From positions 1-36,182 of IMG/VR virus record IMGVR_UViG_3300011422_000012: a stretch of DNA of 36,182 bases, one strand, 5' to 3'. Numbering within the stretch: the first letter of the stretch is position 1; the number at the start of each line of letters is the position of its first letter. The position numbers were made by a program, and so were the translations under genes. Source of the DNA: a virus (lineage: Duplodnaviria; Caudoviricetes). Shown piece after piece: positions 24,501 to 32,944 of this stretch. The notes under the pieces are model-generated. The model did no database searches. It saw nothing but the letters and a program-made list of their open reading frames with translations, and was not told the DNA's origin.

Positions 24501-26198
24501 CTCCTGCGCGAGCCTCCCGCCCCGCGCGAGGCGCCGCCAGTCGTGGAGCGCCCGGTGGCGCGGCCCGTTGCACGCCCGGCCGAGCCCGCCCCGCCGGCGC
24601 TCGAGCGACTGCGCCCGGCCGCCCAGGCGCCCACTGTGCGGGATCTGCCCAAGCCCCCGGCAGCGCCCGCCCAGGTGGAGCGCCCCAGGCTTCTCCGGGA
24701 ACCGCCGGAGCCGCCGACACCGCCCGCCCGGCCTGAAGTGGCGGCGCGCGAGATCGTCAGCCAGCTCCGCCCAGTGTCCAGGGAATTGTCCGATGTCCCG
24801 CGCACGATCCAGCGCCTGGGCGCGCCGCGCCCGGCACCCGTGACCGAGCTCGGGGCGCTGCTTCGCCGGGAGGAGCCTACGGGCCGGCTTCGGCCGATCT
24901 CGGCGCGGCAGTTCCTCGAAACCCAACCGCAGCTTGCGCCCGCCCGCACGGCTCTCCCGACTGCTACGGCTTCGGCGGGGCCAGCGGCGGGCGCCTCCCT
25001 TCGCGACCGTGGCGCCGCCGACATCCTGACACTGCCGATCCGGGCCTTCCTTCGCCCCGTTCGGGAGGCGGTGGAAGCCGTCGCCGGGCCTGTAGGCCGG
25101 GCCGTCTCCCGCCCCGTACAGGCAGTGGCCCGCGTCATCCGCCCGGTGGCCGAGGCCGTGGGAGCAGCAGCGGAGCCGGTCTCTCGCGCCCTCACGGCGC
25201 CGATCCGCGCGCTCGCCACCGTCGCCCGGCCCGTTGTCTCGGCTGCCGCAACGGTGGCGCGTCCGGTGGCTGAGGCCGTGACCGCCGTCGCCCGACCGGT
25301 GGGTCGAGCGGTGGAGACCGTGGCTCGCCCATTCGTGAAGGACTTCGAGACGATCGGGAGAGGCGCGGCCGCCCCCTTCCGCGCGGTCGGGCGGCTCTTC
25401 CGGGATGAGGCGGCACCGATCGGGCGCGCCGCGGGCGTGCCGTTGCAGGGGCCACAGACCGCCGCCCAGGCGGCAGGCGGGTTCTTCGGGAGCACGATCG
25501 CCCCGGCCATCAAGATCATATCCACGGCGCTCCCGGTATTTAGCCTTATCACTTCGTTTTTGGGGTCGATCTCGTCGGGGAGGCAGGAGCGCCGCCAGCG
25601 CGAGGCGCAGGAGTTCCAGCGGCAGGTGCAGGAAGGCGGGCCGCAGCTCGTGGCCATCCGGGAGCGCGAGGCCGCCCAGCAGCGGCGCCGGGAGACGGAG
25701 CAGGCGGCCCCGCCCACGCCGCTTCTCCGTCCCCAGCGCGGGCCGGAGCTGGCGCCGCTCGTGGCGACCCTCCGCGGGGCCGCCACCATCCCCGCCCCGG
25801 AGCGTGAGCGCGAGTTCGCGACCGTCGCTCCGGGACGCGCCCCGGAGGAGCCGCTACGGCGCGCGGCTGCCATTACCAGCCCCGCCCCGGAGGAGCCATT
25901 GCGGCGCTCGGCTGCGATTGCCTCCCTCGCCCGGGAGGAGCAGCCACTCAAGGCAGCCGACCTCATCCGGCAGATCAGCAATGCCGCCAGGAGCGAGCCC
26001 GCCCCGACGAGCCAAGCGCAGCGCACTCAGGCCGCGGAGGAGATCCGGCGCCGCGACCAGTTCACCCAGCGCCAGGGCAACAAGATCGACCTCGCCATTA
26101 CGGCGCTCGATGCTAAGGGCGTGGTTGACCTGTTCTCCTCCGAGAAGGGCAGGGACGCGCGCAAGTACCTCGCCGAGTTCGTGGGGTTGGGGGACTGA
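21579..26198 (+). CDS. tape measure protein
   Basis: 1539 aa, Ala/Arg/Glu-rich helical; N-terminal LDIEVRVNS..G; 11-residue repeats; follows chaperones. Confidence 0.85.
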   Translation: MAELLDIEVRVNSSEGEASFDRMRASIARMEEALSTGRSDQLISATGRAAANLGRESSSAGRGVEQLAQSLNTAARGASSFEREAEKSARAATKLEQEIAKAGAQARGIGQAVPAVTALGSAITGLVTAAAGFVSIRQLFAAFGEADRAFEMARAFDLSTSKLILWNQTAKQFGADATDVQQAMRGVSQSVADALRDPGGQAAQRFRELKIDVDALRGVSIDEVLLRISDGLSQVDDAASRTGIAVDLLHVRNANLFSLLRGGRKEIEATIAELAKLGVISDEDAAAADRFGDSIGRTQLAITAMVLHAAPAFATLAEAIEGMTVKTANFLKELNEARNANAPRQQLETAAGKKIETQVEVIGEEQVEQLKTLLASLPQALAVRIEGMEDAEDLVAVLERIQKQGLGVRDLFGDLDTEFRENRQADAQRQRRQRIEALPPEAQVDVRQETQRRTQEFAQGLPPAERRQAATAASLGLDNKVDQQRARIEAEVLAEKEKQLEIEKAKSAKSPREAAIAERIIQLQAEEERLRVDRIAKLRLHGPETKPPPVPPPVPRAPIEQLLQLRPGRDEETRRRNQEILDERERPQNLPIDTHLTRDRRGEVTSTQIGEIQTDREREEARRKSAAALRPQEVEEQAGALTKLRDVISDLGTIASATKTRIDDLIVGMGSLVTSLLKLVQDLSRARPGVGGGDVTGEIVETVDLARAIGREVGDSVLPLVEAGQNVAGAGFREDQPTAEELRGVDQPIDLSRQSIFQLADAVQPGTEEASPLPQAQRLAERVAPLPPPAAQAPVALTTRSVRALGEEIRTEAEVAAAVPRPEAETRKLAEALRPAAQPEARAGIPAVVQRPAGPAVGPLQELRATAAGRERETGRVRESFGPAERAEQAATARSEQLGRELEPVVERLRAPLEGQVKPEAVQELPGILAPERPALPELPDLRLKPQKVQLEAPEVQLPPARRVPVEPERIRPALLREPPAPREAPPVVERPVARPVARPAEPAPPALERLRPAAQAPTVRDLPKPPAAPAQVERPRLLREPPEPPTPPARPEVAAREIVSQLRPVSRELSDVPRTIQRLGAPRPAPVTELGALLRREEPTGRLRPISARQFLETQPQLAPARTALPTATASAGPAAGASLRDRGAADILTLPIRAFLRPVREAVEAVAGPVGRAVSRPVQAVARVIRPVAEAVGAAAEPVSRALTAPIRALATVARPVVSAAATVARPVAEAVTAVARPVGRAVETVARPFVKDFETIGRGAAAPFRAVGRLFRDEAAPIGRAAGVPLQGPQTAAQAAGGFFGSTIAPAIKIISTALPVFSLITSFLGSISSGRQERRQREAQEFQRQVQEGGPQLVAIREREAAQQRRRETEQAAPPTPLLRPQRGPELAPLVATLRGAATIPAPEREREFATVAPGRAPEEPLRRAAAITSPAPEEPLRRSAAIASLAREEQPLKAADLIRQISNAARSEPAPTSQAQRTQAAEEIRRRDQFTQRQGNKIDLAITALDAKGVVDLFSSEKGRDARKYLAEFVGLGD
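25050..25400 (+). repeat. imperfect 33-bp (11-aa) repeats in tape measure
   Basis: RPVREAVEAVA, GPVGRAVSRPV, RPVAEAVGAAA, RPVAEAVTAVA, RPVGRAVETVA; boundaries approximate. Confidence 0.7.
25839..25950 (+). repeat. imperfect 45-bp (15-aa) repeat in tape measure
   Basis: GCCCCGGAGGAGCC at 25839 and 25884, degenerate copy at 25929 (APEEPLRRAAAITSP / APEEPLRRSAAIASL / AREEQPL). Confidence 0.8.
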
Positions 26199-29035
26199 TG
26201 TTCTCCACCACGCAGGCGCTCCTCTACGACAAGGGAATCATTGACGCGCGGACGGTGCTCCGCATCCGCATGTTCAACGATCTATACCTTACCTCGCACC
26301 AGGAGACGCAGGCGCCTTCCGATTTGATCGTGCAGGGCGGGATCAACATGCTACCGGCGGTGCCCTGCCTCTTGGAGTTCTCGGAGACGGCCTGCGGCTT
26401 CGAGCGCGGGCAATCGAGCGACGAGGTATCGAGCCTCACGGTGCGCGCGCTCAACGTCAAGCTGCCGATCTGGACACCGTTCCCGGCCGCATCCAATCCG
26501 CCAGGCTCACCCACAACGGGCGTCAAGAACGCGCGCCTATCGGACTACCTGATCGACTGCGATGCAACGTTCGCCTACAACTTCACGCCATTCGCGAATC
26601 TATTCCTGACCGTGCCGGCGCCCGCTGGGGCTTTCGAGGTCGAGTCGCTGCGGCACTATCTGTTCCGCGGGATCTTCTACGACTTCGACGTGATCGAGGA
26701 TGGGCGCGAAGGCGTGATGCGATTCTCGGAGGACCTACGTTGGGACCGTCCGTGCCCGCCCTACGCGATCACCGAGAAGAACTTCAAGCTGCCGCCAAAG
26801 GAGACCCAGGGCCTCCCGCTCCCGCTCGCCTACGGAGTCTTCGGCCTGTGGTCAGTCATCGGCATGGAAGATGTCGCCGCCACTTTCGGCCCGTTGCACA
26901 AGAATCGGCCGTTCTTCCCTGTGTGCATGAACGGCGCCGAACTCTACGAAGTGAAGCACGAGCCGGACGGCGTCTCCACCACGACCAAGCACTCGTGGCA
27001 CTCCTTCGGGGCGACCAACGATCCTGGATTCAACGTGCGCCCGCACACGGCCAACGGCGTATGGCAGGCGATGTGTCTCGGCGGGCAGGGGCGCGTTGGC
27101 CTCGTGACGCACGAGCAGAGCGCCTTCGGGAGCCACGTTGACCAGATAGACATCACCACCCCGGGCGGCGAGTTCGCGTCAACCGGCTTCCACGATCTCA
27201 AGCGGATAGGGCGCGTGCGGCTCCGCGAGAACTTCCGCGCGGCGACCGTGATCTTCCCCGTGAAGATGGCCGACGGCGTGACTCCGCTCCCGACGCGCGG
27301 GGTCACGTCACTCCCCAATTTCTCGGTTGAGCACGCCAAGGAAGCGGCGAAGACGATCGACGGCGATGCGATGAGCTGGCTCCGCGATGACGTAGTGCTC
27401 GGCGGGCTAACTGTGCGCAAGCTCACCTGGGAGATGGGAGTCGAGCCGAATCTCGGTGCGATCGGACTGCTTCGCCCCTTCGTTGCGTGGCGCAGGGTTT
27501 CCGGCTCGGCCAGCATCTCCTTCCGCTTGGAAATTGACTTCCAGTCGAACGCCGCGACCGCGAACGGCGCGCAAACCGTGACCGCCGCCAATTCGCCGGC
27601 GGGACGGATCATTACAACGATGTCTGACTCTACTGCGGTGCTATCCGCGGCGGTGCACGCCGAGCGGTGGGAGTTTGTGCAGCGCGCAGGATCACCGGCG
27701 CCTCCACTCGGCCGGGGGATGCGCTTCTCGGTCGAGTGGACGCATCTCGGCACCGGCAATGTGATCGACATCATCCAAGTCGGCTGGCTCATCGACTACA
27801 ACCCGACTCGATTCTTTTCCGAGAATCGAGTGCGGCCCTGGAACCGCGTAACACCCTATACGCTAACCCATGATCCACCAATCGACCGTATTCTCTCGCA
27901 GGCGCATAACCCGAACAAGGCGGGCTTCTATATCGGCATGGGCCAGGTGGCGGACTCCGCAAACGGCTTCCCCGGCTCCATCCCTTGGACGGGTGTTCCC
28001 GCCGCGATCCCGAACATCATCTGCAACCCGGCCGAGGTGATCCGCCATCTCATCTGGACGTATGGCGGCGGGAGTCTCGACAACCTGGGAGCGGCACCCA
28101 AGCCAATCGCGCTCGCCGAGCTCGCCTATCAGACTCCGATCTCGGGCGGGGATGCGCGCGACTTCGACAAGGCGATAGCGTCGCTCGATGCGCTCGTGAG
28201 CGAGGGCGCGGGTGCTACGGAGAAGTTCCGCATTGCTATGTCTATCGGTCAGCATACGACGGTCAAGACCCTAGTGCGCGCGATCGAGCGGTCAATCCCG
28301 GGCCTACATACGTTCCGCATCCCGACCCGATTCCCTTCGGACGTCGAGCCGCGAGGCACCATCGGATGCATCTTCCCGCGCGCAGGTGGCTCCGTGACCT
28401 ATCGCCGCCCGCTCTCGCTCCGTAATGACGTGGTGGACATGGTGCAGCGCTTCACACCGCTGCGCCATGTAGTCAACAACATCAAAATACAGTATGGGCA
28501 GTCCTCCCAGACCGGGACGCTCACGCGCAATCTCTGGTTCGCGCATGACGTGCAGGATCACGGCTGGCCGGCCAACGTGTCGCTGGCCGGCAATTCATCG
28601 GGCGCCGCTGATCCCACGGGTACTCCGCCGAACGGGCTTTTCTACCGCATGGCCGTCGAGTCCCACGGCGTTTACAACACCAAGGAGGCCGAACTCGTCT
28701 CGCCGTTTATTTATCGCGCGCAGGAAGCAATCGCGCTCCGTAACTCCATCTTGGAATGGCGTTGCTGCCGGAGGCTCCGCCTCTTCCTCACCTGCAAGAT
28801 GCAGGTTGCCGACTTGCTCCCGGGGGACGTCTTCCAGCTCAACGACGACTCCGACGCTTTCCTCGAGGGCGTGCGCTTCCCGATGGCGCACTTGCTTCTT
28901 ACCGAGGCTAGCTCGGCTTCGAGCTGGAACAACCGCACCTTCCTGGTCGAGCGCGTCGCCTTCAAGCCATCGGCCGGCGGCCAGGGCTCCGCGGTGCTCG
29001 TGCAAGCCATCTGGAACGGGAGGGCCTTCGTTTAA
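26198..29035 (+). CDS. large tail-tip/hub protein
   Basis: 945 aa after tape measure; LPLAYG, NPAEVIRHLI, VVNNIKIQY, ADLLPGDVFQL...FLVERV typical of tail hub proteins. Confidence 0.75.
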   Translation: MFSTTQALLYDKGIIDARTVLRIRMFNDLYLTSHQETQAPSDLIVQGGINMLPAVPCLLEFSETACGFERGQSSDEVSSLTVRALNVKLPIWTPFPAASNPPGSPTTGVKNARLSDYLIDCDATFAYNFTPFANLFLTVPAPAGAFEVESLRHYLFRGIFYDFDVIEDGREGVMRFSEDLRWDRPCPPYAITEKNFKLPPKETQGLPLPLAYGVFGLWSVIGMEDVAATFGPLHKNRPFFPVCMNGAELYEVKHEPDGVSTTTKHSWHSFGATNDPGFNVRPHTANGVWQAMCLGGQGRVGLVTHEQSAFGSHVDQIDITTPGGEFASTGFHDLKRIGRVRLRENFRAATVIFPVKMADGVTPLPTRGVTSLPNFSVEHAKEAAKTIDGDAMSWLRDDVVLGGLTVRKLTWEMGVEPNLGAIGLLRPFVAWRRVSGSASISFRLEIDFQSNAATANGAQTVTAANSPAGRIITTMSDSTAVLSAAVHAERWEFVQRAGSPAPPLGRGMRFSVEWTHLGTGNVIDIIQVGWLIDYNPTRFFSENRVRPWNRVTPYTLTHDPPIDRILSQAHNPNKAGFYIGMGQVADSANGFPGSIPWTGVPAAIPNIICNPAEVIRHLIWTYGGGSLDNLGAAPKPIALAELAYQTPISGGDARDFDKAIASLDALVSEGAGATEKFRIAMSIGQHTTVKTLVRAIERSIPGLHTFRIPTRFPSDVEPRGTIGCIFPRAGGSVTYRRPLSLRNDVVDMVQRFTPLRHVVNNIKIQYGQSSQTGTLTRNLWFAHDVQDHGWPANVSLAGNSSGAADPTGTPPNGLFYRMAVESHGVYNTKEAELVSPFIYRAQEAIALRNSILEWRCCRRLRLFLTCKMQVADLLPGDVFQLNDDSDAFLEGVRFPMAHLLLTEASSASSWNNRTFLVERVAFKPSAGGQGSAVLVQAIWNGRAFV

Positions 29036-29997
29036 TGGGCACATGGCAGGACGAACTCCAGGTCATCTATCAGAACTACCTGCACCCGCTCGATTCGTCG
29101 GTGGTCACCGCGGTCTCGTCGCCGAACTTCGGGCAGGGCTACGAGCTCGAAAACACCATGAACCTGATTCCATCACGCCCGGGCAGATTCGCGACGGCCG
29201 CGGATCCGCGCGGAGGGCCGACTACCAAGATCGTCCGCTATCAGTTTCCGCGCACGCTCACGGTCGATTGCATGGGTATCGTCAACGCGCACTCGAACTC
29301 AAGCAAGCCAGGGAGCACCGGCGCGATCGACACCGAGCGCGAAGTGATGGTGGAGCTCTTCCACGGTTCCGGCTCCGCAAACTACGGGCAGGGGTCCGGG
29401 AGCCCAGGCACTGCGATCGGCTCAGTCCATACGATGACCGAGTCCGACGTCGCCAAGTACGGGGCCAACCTCTTCTTCCGTTTTAGCCCGGTTAACGCCT
29501 CGCTGATGACGGTACGATTCTCGATCGTCGGCGCGAACATCGGATCGCTCTCGATCGGCAACATCCTGCTCGGCCGGTATTTCTCGTTCCCGGTGGACAT
29601 GTCTACCGACGGCTGGATGCTCCTCGCCCCGACGCGGAAGCAGATCCAGAACTCCACCGTACGGAGCGGGCGCGCCTTCGGAGCCGTGCAGATCGAGACG
29701 CGCTACCCGAGCGTGCGCTCGTGGGTGATCCCGACCGTCTGGAAGTCAGAGGACCAGCGCGAAAACTTCGAGCGCTATTGGGCGAACCGGGAGCAACCGC
29801 GCTTCGACGGGGTTCAGAATCAGCACTTGAGGAAGCGTCTCGATCTGCCGACGGTGATCGTCCCGCCCTGGCAGTGGGCCTCCTCGATCTCGTCCTACGG
29901 CTACCCCGTCTTCGGCACGCTCGGCCCTGATCTCGATGTCCAATACGACGAGATGGGCAACAGCGTTACCAGCATCCGACTTTCGGAGAGTGCATGA
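29035..29997 (+). CDS. tail protein, possibly distal-tail-like
   Basis: Beta-rich; LENTMN..PSR, SIGNILLGRYF, C-terminal IRLSE; TAATG-coupled. Confidence 0.55.
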   Translation: MGTWQDELQVIYQNYLHPLDSSVVTAVSSPNFGQGYELENTMNLIPSRPGRFATAADPRGGPTTKIVRYQFPRTLTVDCMGIVNAHSNSSKPGSTGAIDTEREVMVELFHGSGSANYGQGSGSPGTAIGSVHTMTESDVAKYGANLFFRFSPVNASLMTVRFSIVGANIGSLSIGNILLGRYFSFPVDMSTDGWMLLAPTRKQIQNSTVRSGRAFGAVQIETRYPSVRSWVIPTVWKSEDQRENFERYWANREQPRFDGVQNQHLRKRLDLPTVIVPPWQWASSISSYGYPVFGTLGPDLDVQYDEMGNSVTSIRLSESA

Positions 29998-30005
29998 ACA
30001 GCCTA

Positions 30006-30017
30006 GTGGCAACCGGG
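30006..30017 (+). promoter_or_regulatory. leader motif copy 4 (GTGGCAACCGGG)
   Basis: Exact 10-mer core in loop of CAGCCT/GGGCTG stem (29999-30020); T30007 is 24 nt before in-frame TTG 30031. Confidence 0.7.
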
Positions 30018-30021
30018 CTGG

Positions 30022-30981
30022 ATGGAGGAATTGCCCAGCCTAACTGACGCAAGCCGCGACCCCATAACTTCACAACCCTCGCGGGTTACATCGAGCGGTG
30101 CGAGCGCCATAGCGCCGCAGTCCATTCTTTTTGGTGACTCCTTCCATGGCGCGGTGCTCGACGAAGATGGGCGCTGGACGCAGAACGCCGGCACAAGCGG
30201 GGATGCGTCTGTTGCCGATGGCCAGCTCTTGCTCGCCACGGGCGCGACTGGCGGATTTATTACGCTCACTTCCAAACCGAAGTTCGCACTTTATTCGGGC
30301 GCCGAACTCCTCTTTACCGCCATCGTGCGACTGGCGAGCGCCCCCATCTCGGGAAGCGTGCGGAATATCGGCCTTCAGGGCGTGGGCGTCAACGATCAGC
30401 TCTACTTCAACATCACAGACACCGCTTGGCAGGTAAAGATTACTACCGGCCCTGGCACCGTCATTCCATGGAACATCGGCAGCCCGCGGGCCGACGCGCT
30501 CGCGTGGATGAAGCTACAGATCCGAGCGACCAAGAGCCGCGCGCAGTTCATCATCAACGATAGCCCGATCTATCTCTACAACTCGATCGGCCAGCAGGAA
30601 CCGCTGCACCACGCCTCGCTCTGCACTGCGTTCCTGGAATCCTCGGATGGTACATCGGCTGGCGATAATTGGATGTATGTCTCCGAGGTCTCCGTCGTGC
30701 GCTCGTTCGAGTCCTGGCCGGCGACGGTCATGCGGAAGCGCATCACCGCGGACGGCATCATCGCGCGCGGCCCGTGCTGGTATCTCGGCATGAAGAAGGG
30801 GAGCGGTACCGGCACCTGCTTCATCCACGACGACGTCACCGCAGGCGCCAGCACCAAGATCGACGAATGGACAGGAGTTGATTTTGACAAGCAACCCACC
30901 GGGCCGATTGAGTGCCAAACGGGCATTTACGCCGACGTCAGCAGCACCGAGCCCGTCTACATCGACTACGCCCTCGCCTAA
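30022..30981 (+). CDS. beta-sandwich virion protein (start ATG 30022 or TTG 30031)
   Basis: Lectin-like beta-rich region plus small C-terminal domain (ITADGIIARGP...IHDD...GIYADV). Confidence 0.6.
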   Translation: MEELPSLTDASRDPITSQPSRVTSSGASAIAPQSILFGDSFHGAVLDEDGRWTQNAGTSGDASVADGQLLLATGATGGFITLTSKPKFALYSGAELLFTAIVRLASAPISGSVRNIGLQGVGVNDQLYFNITDTAWQVKITTGPGTVIPWNIGSPRADALAWMKLQIRATKSRAQFIINDSPIYLYNSIGQQEPLHHASLCTAFLESSDGTSAGDNWMYVSEVSVVRSFESWPATVMRKRITADGIIARGPCWYLGMKKGSGTGTCFIHDDVTAGASTKIDEWTGVDFDKQPTGPIECQTGIYADVSSTEPVYIDYALA

Positions 30982-31048
30982 CGGTGGAGGGGGAACCATT
31001 AACCCATTCAAGGGGCTAACGCTCCCTTGTAAACACGGAGATGAAAAC

Positions 31049-31261
31049 ATGGCTAAGGTCTGTTCTCTCTGCAAGAGCTGGCAAGCGCCTGGTCCTACGG
31101 ATACCACGATGGACTGCCCGCACGATGGGGCAGATGTGGCCACCGAAACCCGGTGCGGGGTGTGTAGCACGACACCGCGTGCGTGGATTGCGCTGTCTGC
31201 TGAGGACATCGCGACCAACGAGTCACAACACAATACCGCCCCCGGGCACGTTTTCGAGTAG
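31049..31261 (+). CDS. small Cys-rich protein (70 aa)
   Basis: MAKVCSLC...CPHD...CGVC; GGAG upstream. Confidence 0.55.
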   Translation: MAKVCSLCKSWQAPGPTDTTMDCPHDGADVATETRCGVCSTTPRAWIALSAEDIATNESQHNTAPGHVFE

Positions 31262-31263
31262 CA

Positions 31264-32064
31264 GTGATGGACCTCATCCTCCGCCACTTCGAGAAGGTGC
31301 ACATGGAGGTTCCGCCTCCGCCCGAGACATACGACGGCTTTGTTTACGGTCACTTCGGTGACTACGAGACCGAGGTCCGATCGCTGGTCGCGGGCGGTAA
31401 GCGCTGTTACCGCTACTTCAACGTGCTCTCGATGCCGGCGACGGGATGGTCCGATCCCTGGTTCGATTACGTCAACTCGACGGTGGTGCCTCTCCAAGTC
31501 GGCGGCCGCTTCGCCTACCTCCCTTCAGCGTGGGAGGTAGGCGGGCGGAAGCTGTGGGATTGGGGGATGTTCTCGCCCCACCGGGTACGCGGACTCGCGA
31601 AGAAGGTGGCCGAACTCGCTGACGGCAACGGCATTTTTCTTGACCAGTTCTGGATGGAGCCGCGGGACTGGATGATGTCGGCGCGCACGCCATCGGGTGA
31701 TATGGCGGCGCTGTATATGGACTTCCCGCAGACGAAGTGGTTTCGTTATACGGCGAACATCACATACTTCGTCGACATGCTCCGCACGATGGTAGCGCCT
31801 CAGATAGTGCTCGTGAACGGAGACCGACTCGCCCCGGGGCCGATGCATCTCGAATGGCCGCACTGGTACGACCTGGCTGGCGAGTTGACTAGGTGGAACG
31901 AGTCGAATCATGCGGTACTCGCCCCGTTCACGGATGTGGACTGGTCAGTCGATTGGGCGCTCAACGCCTGGAAGCGTTCGCATAAGTGGATTGCGTTCAC
32001 CGGGCGCGCAGATCTCACGGAGCTGGCTTATGCGCGAGCACACGCGCAGCGGATTGCACCATGA
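31264..32064 (+). CDS. putative glycoside-hydrolase-like protein, paralog of 17737-18810
   Basis: ILRHF, YDGFV, GKRCYRYF, GIFLDQFW, IVLVNG co-linear with the earlier protein. Confidence 0.55.
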   Translation: MMDLILRHFEKVHMEVPPPPETYDGFVYGHFGDYETEVRSLVAGGKRCYRYFNVLSMPATGWSDPWFDYVNSTVVPLQVGGRFAYLPSAWEVGGRKLWDWGMFSPHRVRGLAKKVAELADGNGIFLDQFWMEPRDWMMSARTPSGDMAALYMDFPQTKWFRYTANITYFVDMLRTMVAPQIVLVNGDRLAPGPMHLEWPHWYDLAGELTRWNESNHAVLAPFTDVDWSVDWALNAWKRSHKWIAFTGRADLTELAYARAHAQRIAP

Positions 32065-32597
32065 GGTGCTTTGTCTCGGCCGGGCATGGACCCAAGGCGG
32101 GGGGACAGTACGACCCCGGCGCAGATCCACCAGGGCCGGGGGAGGAGCACGCGATAGCCGAGGAGATCGCGCGCGAGATGGCGCACGCGATGGTGCTGGT
32201 TGAGCCGCACGTGGTCCCGCGCGGGAACCTCAAGACGAGGATTGCCTACGTCAACCGCTGGTCCCGCCCCGGGGACGTGGCGGTGGAGGTGCATTTGAAC
32301 TCGGGGACGCCGGACGTCGCGGGGTGTGAAGTGTATTTCTTCTCGCTCGAGGCACGGCGATTCGCGGCGGAGATGCACGCCTCGCTCATGAAGATTGGTC
32401 GCGCACCGCGCGGGGTGAAGGTGGACGCATCGTCGCAGCATCCGGCCGGGCTCGCGTGGTGCCGTCAGACGAAGCCCTGGGCGGCGCTCGTGGAGGTTGC
32501 CTTCCTCACGAACGCCGAGGAGCTCAAGTGGCTGCTCGGCGGTGGAGCGTCACTCGCGGGGAAGGCTCTCGCGAAGGGAGTGGATTCCTGGCCATGA
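32061..32597 (+). CDS. endolysin, N-acetylmuramoyl-L-alanine amidase (Amidase_3)
   Basis: Zn ligands and catalytic Glu: SAGHG...DPGA...EEH, EVHLNS...GCEVY, ALVEVAFLTN; catalytic domain only. Confidence 0.92.
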   Translation: MRCFVSAGHGPKAGGQYDPGADPPGPGEEHAIAEEIAREMAHAMVLVEPHVVPRGNLKTRIAYVNRWSRPGDVAVEVHLNSGTPDVAGCEVYFFSLEARRFAAEMHASLMKIGRAPRGVKVDASSQHPAGLAWCRQTKPWAALVEVAFLTNAEELKWLLGGGASLAGKALAKGVDSWP

Positions 32598-32932
32598 ACG
32601 ACGGCGACGTTATCCGAATGCGCGATTACGTGGATCTGAGATTCAGCGACCTCAAGGAGGCGATAGCGCGTCGCGACGTAATGAACGAGGAGCGGATCAA
32701 GCTCGCGGCTGATGAAATCGCTCGGCGCCTGGACGTACTAAACCACGCTCACGAGGACGCGGTTGAGGCGCAGGCCGCCACCGTTCCGCGCGAAATCTTC
32801 GAGCGGGCGATGGCCGAGTTTAACAAGCGGATCGTCAACCTAGAGCGACTGGCCTGGGGCTTAACGGCGCTTGGCGCCGTCTTTGTTATCGCGATTCAGT
32901 TTGCCGTAAGGCTTGTCAACACTCACAGATAG
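32594..32932 (+). CDS. coiled-coil protein with C-terminal TM helix (lysis-cassette membrane protein)
   Basis: RIVNLERLAWGLTALGAVFVIAIQFAV; ATGA-coupled to amidase. Confidence 0.65.
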   Translation: MNDGDVIRMRDYVDLRFSDLKEAIARRDVMNEERIKLAADEIARRLDVLNHAHEDAVEAQAATVPREIFERAMAEFNKRIVNLERLAWGLTALGAVFVIAIQFAVRLVNTHR

Positions 32933-32944
32933 GGAGAACGAACG

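Noticed and set aside
23816-26026. 736-aa minus-strand ORF (and other long antisense ORFs such as 7758-8924, 13098-14099, 22296-23402)
   Set aside because: Shadow frames of GC-rich + strand genes; Arg/Ser/Gly/Ala-rich with no recognisable motifs.
31008-31029. CAAGGGG/CTCCCTTG hairpin as terminator
   Set aside because: Hairpin is plausible but lacks a U-tract; insufficient support.
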